Shown here piece by piece: positions 57,406 through 63,213 of a DNA stretch of 63,213 bases. A program made the translations under genes and the position numbers. Numbering within the stretch: position 1 is the stretch's first letter; every line of letters begins with the position of its first letter. Location: the NCBI GenBank assembly GCA_035390965.1, contig DAOPKE010000002.1, positions 26,629-89,841 on the forward strand, in the 5' to 3' direction. The notes under the pieces are model-generated. The model searched no databases, was not told the DNA's origin, and worked only from the letters and a program-made list of their open reading frames with translations. The DNA is from Bacteroidales bacterium. Its GTDB lineage: Bacteria > Bacteroidota > Bacteroidia > Bacteroidales > DTU049.

Positions 57406-58911
57406 ATGGATATTTATCGTCGAAAAAGATTCTGGAAGTGGGGACTGTTCATCATTGGGCTGCTGATAGTGAATGCATCGGTCATGTTCAGTAATAATCT
57501 GGTAAAGAAAATTGCCACAGATGAACGTAAAAAAGTGAAAATATGGGCCAATGCCATTCAGCAGAAAGCCAATCTGGTGAATTATACCAATGACTTTTTC
57601 AAAAAAATAAAAGAGGAAGAACGCAAGCGGGTTGAAATATGGGCCGAAGCAACCAAGCGGCTTATCAATGCGGGCATCAACGAAGACCTCAGCTTCTATA
57701 CACAGATCATTGCCGGTAACACTACTATTCCAGTGGTGCTCACCGATGAAGAAAAAAATATTATTGCTGCCAAAAATGTCGATTTTTCTACCGATACCGT
57801 AAATAAACTGGAAGGAAAAAGATTAAATGAATTTTCGAAAATCGAACCCATTGTTGTCAGCTATGGCGAATTTGTAAACTATCTCTATTTCAAGGAATCG
57901 CTTCTTTTCAGCGAACTGCGCAATGTACTCAATGACCTCACAGAATCATTCTTTTCCGAAGTTGTTATTAACAGCGCAAGCGTTCCGGTGCTTATTCTGG
58001 ATTCGGCCCGTTCAAAGGTGTATTCCAGCGGCAATATAAATCAGGAAATTCTGAAAAATCCAGATGAGCTTAAAGAACTGATAAAAACAATGGAGACCCA
58101 AAACCCGCCTATCATCATCGATTTCGAGGGGCAGGGCAAAAAATATATTTACTACAAGGATTCGTATCTCCTTACACAATTAAGATATTATCCCTTTGTG
58201 CAATTATTTGTGGTTGGCCTTTTTCTTCTGGCAGTATACATTTTATTCAATACAACGCGAAAAGCCGAGCAGAACAAAGTGTGGGTGGGCATGGCCAAAG
58301 AAACGGCACATCAGCTTGGAACACCCATTTCATCCATGCTTGCCTGGCTCGATTTCATCGAAACCGACGAAAAAAACAAAGTCTATATTGATGAATTGCG
58401 AAATGATATCAGGCGGCTGCAGGATGTGTCGGCCCGCTTCAGCAATATCGGCTCTGCACCTGATCTACCAATGACTTTGCTGTCTGAATCTGTGTACAAC
58501 TCTGTCAGATACATCCGCGCCCGTTCTTCAAAAAAAGTCAGCATAAATATCCTTTTCAGAGAAAATGACCAACTGATGCTCCCGCTCAACGAAAATCTTT
58601 TTGGCTGGGTGATGGAAAATCTGCTGAAAAACGCCATTGATGCCATGGAGGGTGAAGGCAGCATAACAATCTCTCTCCACAATGCTTCACGTCACATCAT
58701 GCTTGATGTAACCGATACCGGAAAGGGGTTCCCAAAATCGCAGTACAAATCCGTTTTTCGTCCCGGATTCACAACTAAAAAACGCGGATGGGGGCTTGGA
58801 CTCACACTTTCAAAGCGCATCATTGAAGAATATCACAAAGGGAAATTATTTGTTCACTCATCTGTACCCGGCAAAGGAACTACCTTTCGCATAGTTCTGC
58901 CTTTGAAATAA
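57406..58911 (+). CDS. Sensor histidine kinase (two TM segments, extracytoplasmic sensor domain, HisKA and HATPase_c); no adjacent response regulator
   Basis: ORF 57376-58911; the likely start is MDIYRRKRFWKWG at 57406. H-box ETAHQLGTPISS; N/G boxes LLKNAIDAM, DTGKGF and GWGLGL. Confidence 0.88.
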   Translation: MDIYRRKRFWKWGLFIIGLLIVNASVMFSNNLVKKIATDERKKVKIWANAIQQKANLVNYTNDFFKKIKEEERKRVEIWAEATKRLINAGINEDLSFYTQIIAGNTTIPVVLTDEEKNIIAAKNVDFSTDTVNKLEGKRLNEFSKIEPIVVSYGEFVNYLYFKESLLFSELRNVLNDLTESFFSEVVINSASVPVLILDSARSKVYSSGNINQEILKNPDELKELIKTMETQNPPIIIDFEGQGKKYIYYKDSYLLTQLRYYPFVQLFVVGLFLLAVYILFNTTRKAEQNKVWVGMAKETAHQLGTPISSMLAWLDFIETDEKNKVYIDELRNDIRRLQDVSARFSNIGSAPDLPMTLLSESVYNSVRYIRARSSKKVSINILFRENDQLMLPLNENLFGWVMENLLKNAIDAMEGEGSITISLHNASRHIMLDVTDTGKGFPKSQYKSVFRPGFTTKKRGWGLGLTLSKRIIEEYHKGKLFVHSSVPGKGTTFRIVLPLK

Positions 58912-58916
58912 ACTAT

Positions 58917-59315
58917 ATGAAAAAACCGCTTGCTTTTCTGTTGATAATAGTCATGGCTGCATCCTGCCGGTTTTTGGGAATGGAGAAAAAGAATTCCCCG
59001 GAATACGTCGCAAAAAAATTTCTGACACATTTTCAGAAGCTGGAATTTGACGAGGCTTCCCAGTATGGCACAGAAAATACGAAAATGATTCTTCGCCTGT
59101 TCAAGAGTTTATCAGCCATGGTATCCGATTCAACCAAAAGCCAGAACAATTTCAGCGATGCAGTTATTCAGAAATGCACGGTGGAAAAAAACACCGCGTT
59201 ATGCAGATATACTGCCAATGGAAAAGAAGAAACAATTGATCTGATCAGACAGGATGGAAAATGGCTTGTCGATCTGAAAAAAGAGCAGAAAAATCCGTTT
59301 AATCCTGGGAAATAA
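58917..59315 (+). CDS. Small lipoprotein (DUF4878-like)
   Basis: 132 aa with lipobox VMAASC. It lies 5 nt downstream of the kinase gene. Confidence 0.6.
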   Translation: MKKPLAFLLIIVMAASCRFLGMEKKNSPEYVAKKFLTHFQKLEFDEASQYGTENTKMILRLFKSLSAMVSDSTKSQNNFSDAVIQKCTVEKNTALCRYTANGKEETIDLIRQDGKWLVDLKKEQKNPFNPGK

Positions 59316-59324
59316 TCTGCTGCT

Positions 59325-60152
59325 CTAACAGGCTACTTCCTCATTGATTAAAACCCGGTCGTAGAATTTATTGAAAGCGTCAATGTAATTCTCTTCGCCC
59401 TGATATTCAAGCATCGGAAGTTTGCTTTTCTTTGCATATTCAAGCACGTCGGGATTCACGTTTTCAGAGCCTACGATAACACCATCCGCATAATCGATGG
59501 CGGTTTTCATCCAGCCAACATAGTTCCTGTCTTTTTTAAGTTGGGGTAATCCGACTGCCGTGAGATCATCCATAACAATATTTGCAATAACCTGTTCGGA
59601 AAAATATTCTGAAAAATGATCATCATAGAGCGAAATTACAATTTTGCTCTCAGAAAAAATCGGATGCTTTTTATAGACTTTCTTTACGTATGCAGCTGCA
59701 AGAGCCGACATCCAGCCATGACAATGGATGATATCAGGAGCCCATCCAAGTTTTTTCACCGTTTCGAGAACACCACGATTGAAAAATACCGATCGTGCAT
59801 CGTTGTCGTTGTAAAAACGATTGTCCTTATCATGAAGAATGAACTTGCGATGAAAATAATCCTCGCTGTCGATGAAGTAAACCTGCATTCTTGCCTGCTG
59901 AATACTTGCAACCTTAATAATGAGCGGATGATCGGAGTCGTTAATGATAATATTCATTCCGGAAAGGCGAATCACCTCGTGGAGCTGGTGACGACGCTCA
60001 TTGATACATCCGAAACGGGGCATAAATGTACGGATCTCTTTTCCTTTTTCCTGGGTTCCCTGCGGCAGGTGCCTGCAAACATTTCCCATTTGACTGTCCC
60101 TAAGGTACGGGGTTATTTCCTGAGATACATACAGAATTTTTGCTTTCTCCAT
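59325..60152 (-). CDS. Short glycogen/starch synthase-like protein (N-terminal Starch_synth catalytic-domain homolog only)
   Basis: 275 aa. MEKAKILYVSQEITPY...RTFMPRFGCINERRHQLHEV...IIHCHGWMSAL resembles the GlgA N-terminal half. It is divergent from panC, as in many Bacteroidota. Confidence 0.75.
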   Translation of the reverse strand: MEKAKILYVSQEITPYLRDSQMGNVCRHLPQGTQEKGKEIRTFMPRFGCINERRHQLHEVIRLSGMNIIINDSDHPLIIKVASIQQARMQVYFIDSEDYFHRKFILHDKDNRFYNDNDARSVFFNRGVLETVKKLGWAPDIIHCHGWMSALAAAYVKKVYKKHPIFSESKIVISLYDDHFSEYFSEQVIANIVMDDLTAVGLPQLKKDRNYVGWMKTAIDYADGVIVGSENVNPDVLEYAKKSKLPMLEYQGEENYIDAFNKFYDRVLINEEVAC

Positions 60153-60249
60153 AACAATGCAAGGGCTGATAAATAATATGCAAAGTTACGATTTTTTTTC
60201 CATATATATCAAAAAAAGAGTTTAGTTTTGTACTTTTTTTCGACTGATT

Positions 60250-61089
60250 ATGAATATTTTCCGTACAATTAAGGAATACAAAGACTGGCAAGAAAGTTTA
60301 ACAGATAAAACGTCAGTTGGCTTTGTTCCAACCATGGGATTCCTGCATCAGGGCCACATTTCGCTTGTTTCTGCATCAATGGCAGAAAACGATGTGACGA
60401 TTGTCAGCATATTTGTGAACCCTACACAGTTTAACAATCCTGAAGACCTCGAAAAATATCCCAGAAACGAGGAACGCGATCTGCAAATGCTTGAAATGGC
60501 CGGAACCACAGCTGTTTTAATTCCTTCTGTAAGTGAAATGTACCCTGAGCCGGTTACACGTACATGGACATTCCCCGGACTTGATGATGTGATGGAAGGT
60601 GCAAAACGTCCGGGGCACTTTAACGGTGTTGCCATGGTTGTTTCTGAATTGTTTCGAATTATTCAGCCTAACATCGCTTATTTCGGCAAGAAAGATTATC
60701 AGCAGCTCATGATTATCAGACAGCTTGCCGCAAATGACTTTCCGCAAATCACCATTAAAGGAATGCCAATCGTTCGTGAAGTAGACGGACTGGCCTTAAG
60801 TTCACGCAATTCAAGACTGACACCGGAAGAGCGGGAAATGGCGCCACTTATTTTCGAAGTACTTAAACGTGCCCGGCAACTCATACATGAATTTTCGCCT
60901 GAAGATGTCTGTATACACTGTGAGCGTATGCTCGCCGGTAGCGGAATGATTCAGCCGGAATATTTCATCATTGCTGATGCACAGACCCTGAAACCACTTT
61001 CAAAAAAGGAAGATGCAACCCATGCAACAGCGTTTGTAGCCGCATGGCTTGGTAAAGTGAGACTCATCGACAATTTCGAATTATTTTAG
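60250..61089 (+). CDS. panC: Pantoate--beta-alanine ligase
   Basis: 279 aa with the HIGH-like motif GFVPTMGFLHQGHISL and SSRN. Confidence 0.95.
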   Translation: MNIFRTIKEYKDWQESLTDKTSVGFVPTMGFLHQGHISLVSASMAENDVTIVSIFVNPTQFNNPEDLEKYPRNEERDLQMLEMAGTTAVLIPSVSEMYPEPVTRTWTFPGLDDVMEGAKRPGHFNGVAMVVSELFRIIQPNIAYFGKKDYQQLMIIRQLAANDFPQITIKGMPIVREVDGLALSSRNSRLTPEEREMAPLIFEVLKRARQLIHEFSPEDVCIHCERMLAGSGMIQPEYFIIADAQTLKPLSKKEDATHATAFVAAWLGKVRLIDNFELF

Positions 61090-61101
61090 TAATTTTGCTG
61101 C

Positions 61102-61446
61102 ATGAATATACAGGTGTTGAAAAGCAAAATCCACAAGGCAACGGTGACCGAAGCCGATCTGTATTATACAGGGAGCATCACCATTGATGAAAACCTGATG
61201 GACGCTGCTGATTTGATTGAGTTTGAAAAAGTTCATGTACTGAACATCAACAACGGAGAACGGCTCGAAACCTACGTTATCAAAGGGGCACGCGACAGCG
61301 GTACTATCTGCATGAACGGTCCGGCTGCACGCAAAGTGGCTCCAGGAGATACCGTGATCATTGTTTCCTATTGTACACTGGAATACAATGAAGCAAAAAA
61401 ATTCAAGCCATCCATCATTTTTCCCGGCAAAAACAACAAACTCTGA
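61102..61446 (+). CDS. panD: Aspartate 1-decarboxylase
   Basis: 114 aa. [24 protein letters not shown] contains the Gly-Ser self-processing site. Confidence 0.95.
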   Translation: MNIQVLKSKIHKATVTEADLYYTGSITIDENLMDAADLIEFEKVHVLNINNGERLETYVIKGARDSGTICMNGPAARKVAPGDTVIIVSYCTLEYNEAKKFKPSIIFPGKNNKL

Positions 61447-61449
61447 GAA

Positions 61450-62472
61450 TTGAAAAAGAAAATATTTAAAATTGTCCAGACGCTTGCCTTTATTGGTCTG
61501 GGCATATTTTTCATTTTCTTTTTCTGGGGAAAACTCGATACAGAACAACAGGAAAAAGTCATCGATAATTTTCTGAAAGCAAATTATTTCTGGGTGCTAC
61601 TGGCCCTTTCGGCTGGTATTCTGAGCCATATTCTGCGAGCTGCAAGATGGAATTTACTCATTGATACTATAGAAAAAGCACCACCGCTCAGGCAATCATT
61701 CTGGTCACTCATGGCTGGTTATCTTGCCAATCTTGCAGTGCCACGACTGGGCGAAATCACTCGCGCAATACTGCTTTCAAAGCAATCGAAAATATCATTC
61801 GACAAACTATTCGGGACCGTTGTTGCTGAACGTGCCTTTGATTTCTTCTTCTATCTTGCTTTGTTTTTTGCAGCCATTGCCATTTTCTGGGACAATGTCA
61901 AAACATATGTTACAGAGCGGATCATGGGTGGTTTTGCCGAAAAAACAAGTGTGTTTTCCGGATGGAAAATATGGCTGATTCTCGGAATTCTCTGCGTACT
62001 GTTTCTTCTCTTTCTTTGGATCCTGAAAAGATTCAGACACAAACCGCTTATTCAGAAAATAAACAGAATAATCCAGAACCTGCTGAGCGGACTTCTCTCC
62101 ATTTTCAAACTCAGAAAAACAGGATTGTTTTTCGTTTATACAATTCTCATCTGGGTAATGTACTGGCTCATGGTTTATTTCATGTATTTCAGTATTCCGT
62201 CAACATCAGGCCTCTCAGCTGAATCAGCGTTCATGGTTCTTGTTTTCGGAACCATCGGTATCATCGTTATCCAGGGCGGCATCGGAATTTATCCATTGAT
62301 TGTTTCAGAAGTACTTATGATTTATGGAGCCGACATTACGGATGGTTTCACCATCGGATGGCTGTCATGGACCGTGCAGACCATTATGATTCTTGTAATG
62401 GGATTGATTGCTTTCACCTTATTTGGCTTTCAAAAAAACAAAAAAGATGGACTGCAGAAAACTGATCAGTGA
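61450..62472 (+). CDS. Lysylphosphatidylglycerol synthase TM-region / flippase-like (UPF0104) membrane protein
   Basis: 340 aa with about 8 TM segments. LRAARWNLL and GEITRA are motifs typical of the UPF0104 family. Confidence 0.75.
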   Translation: MKKKIFKIVQTLAFIGLGIFFIFFFWGKLDTEQQEKVIDNFLKANYFWVLLALSAGILSHILRAARWNLLIDTIEKAPPLRQSFWSLMAGYLANLAVPRLGEITRAILLSKQSKISFDKLFGTVVAERAFDFFFYLALFFAAIAIFWDNVKTYVTERIMGGFAEKTSVFSGWKIWLILGILCVLFLLFLWILKRFRHKPLIQKINRIIQNLLSGLLSIFKLRKTGLFFVYTILIWVMYWLMVYFMYFSIPSTSGLSAESAFMVLVFGTIGIIVIQGGIGIYPLIVSEVLMIYGADITDGFTIGWLSWTVQTIMILVMGLIAFTLFGFQKNKKDGLQKTDQ

Positions 62473-62938
62473 GAAAATCATGTCGCGCGAACAACTGATT
62501 CAGCGCGTAAATACATGGAGAACAGAACGTCAGACCATCGTTTTTTCAAATGGCTGTTTCGACATCATTCATCCGGGGCATGCGCAGTATCTGGCGGCAG
62601 CTGCGGCTCTCGGCAGCCGACTGGTGATCGGTGTTAATACCGATGATTCGGTAAAAAGACTTAAAGGCGCGGCACGGCCGGTCATTTCCGAAAACGAACG
62701 GTGCCTGCTGCTCGCATCATTTCAGTTTGTCGACGCTGTCTGCCTGTTTGATGAAGACACCCCGCTGGAGCTGATTGAAGCAATCATTCCCGATGTTCTG
62801 GTGAAAGGAAAGGATTATACGATTGACCAGATTGTCGGCGCAGATGTCGTTTTGCAACATGGCGGAAAAGTCGAAACCATCGAACTTGTGGAAGGTTTCA
62901 GCACTTCGTCGCTGATAGAAAAAATCAAACGGATTTAG
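62447..62938 (+). CDS. rfaE2: D-glycero-beta-D-manno-heptose 1-phosphate adenylyltransferase (RfaE domain II type cytidylyltransferase)
   Basis: ORF 62408-62938; the start is at ATG 62447 or 62480. FSNGCFDIIHPGHAQYL (HxGH), VIGVNTDDSVKRLKG and VKGKDY are present. Confidence 0.88.
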   Translation: MDCRKLISEKIMSREQLIQRVNTWRTERQTIVFSNGCFDIIHPGHAQYLAAAAALGSRLVIGVNTDDSVKRLKGAARPVISENERCLLLASFQFVDAVCLFDEDTPLELIEAIIPDVLVKGKDYTIDQIVGADVVLQHGGKVETIELVEGFSTSSLIEKIKRI

Positions 62939-62970
62939 CAGCTAACTCTCAGAAGGAGTCCGAAGTAATT

Positions 62971-63112
62971 GGTGAGCAGTGATCAGCAAACAGTGAGCTT
63001 TTGCTGTACACACAACGAAGCGTTGTTTGCATTTCAGATTTAAACCTCATGTTAATATAGAATTTCGCTGAATATTCATCAGCCAACGCTCACCGCTCAC
63101 TGCTCACCGCTG
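62971..63112. repeat. Inverted pair of GGTGAGC-type word blocks between convergent genes
   Basis: ggtgagcagtgatcagcaaacagtgagc (62971-62998) and cgctcaccgctcactgctcaccgctg (63087-63112) are mutual reverse-complement word sets. Each lies in sense orientation behind its own upstream gene. Confidence 0.85.
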
Positions 63113-63127
63113 AAAATAGTTTCGTAT

Positions 63128-63213
63128 TTAAATAAACCTCACCAGCGTGATCCCCTCGCCTCCCATTTGCAGCGGTGCATCAGTGAATTCGAGCATATCC
63201 TTGTATTGCCGCA
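63128..63213 (-). CDS. 3' end of an unidentified minus-strand gene that continues beyond the window
   Basis: The reverse-strand frame is open from the window edge to a TAA (complement of 63128-63130), reading ...RQYKDMLEFTDAPLQMGGEGITLVRFI*. It is too short to identify. Confidence 0.3.
   Translation of the reverse strand, partial: RQYKDMLEFTDAPLQMGGEGITLVRFI

Noticed and set aside
57204-57407. 68-codon N-terminal extension of the T9SS protein ORF
   Set aside because: The extension is low-complexity and Asn/Lys-rich. A canonical signal peptide starts at the internal ATG at 57203, and the extension would overlap the divergent kinase promoter and start region.

Overview
This is a Bacteroidota-type chromosomal segment. 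Supporting evidence: T9SS C-terminal sorting domains, a 287-aa primary sigma factor, an S46 peptidase, the acpP-fabF-rnc gene order and the glgA-like/panC/panD gene order. Most of it is densely packed housekeeping genes: priA, pfkA, der, era, initiator tRNA-Met, thiL, lepA, pgk, hisS, rpoD, htrA, dapF, mltG, rnc, fabF, acpP, panC, panD and heptose/LPS genes. I found no CRISPR array, rRNA, integrase, reverse transcriptase or recognisable defence operon. Four things stand out. (1) Nearly every longer intergenic spacer is built from a shared vocabulary of short repeated words (GTTAC, ATAACT, CTCACYG/GGTGAGC, GGTTAA, AATACGA) and longer imperfect-palindrome modules. The word blocks keep a conserved order, and their orientation tracks the upstream gene. 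(2) A solo IS200-like Y1/HUH transposase (RAYT-like) is flanked by GC-rich hairpins. It sits next to a tail-less SSB-like gene and an ORF6N gene that is bracketed by about 88-nt direct repeats. (3) A 73-bp x3.2 tandem repeat and a repeat-rich roughly 600-bp non-coding island lie downstream of tRNA-fMet. (4) Two large T9SS cargo proteins (2317 aa and about 1089 aa) share an uncharacterised N-terminal domain of about 490 aa. Each is divergently paired with a regulator, and the larger one carries 15 tandem 267-bp Ig-like modules. All homology calls come from reading motifs in the supplied translations; no database search or computed alignment was possible.
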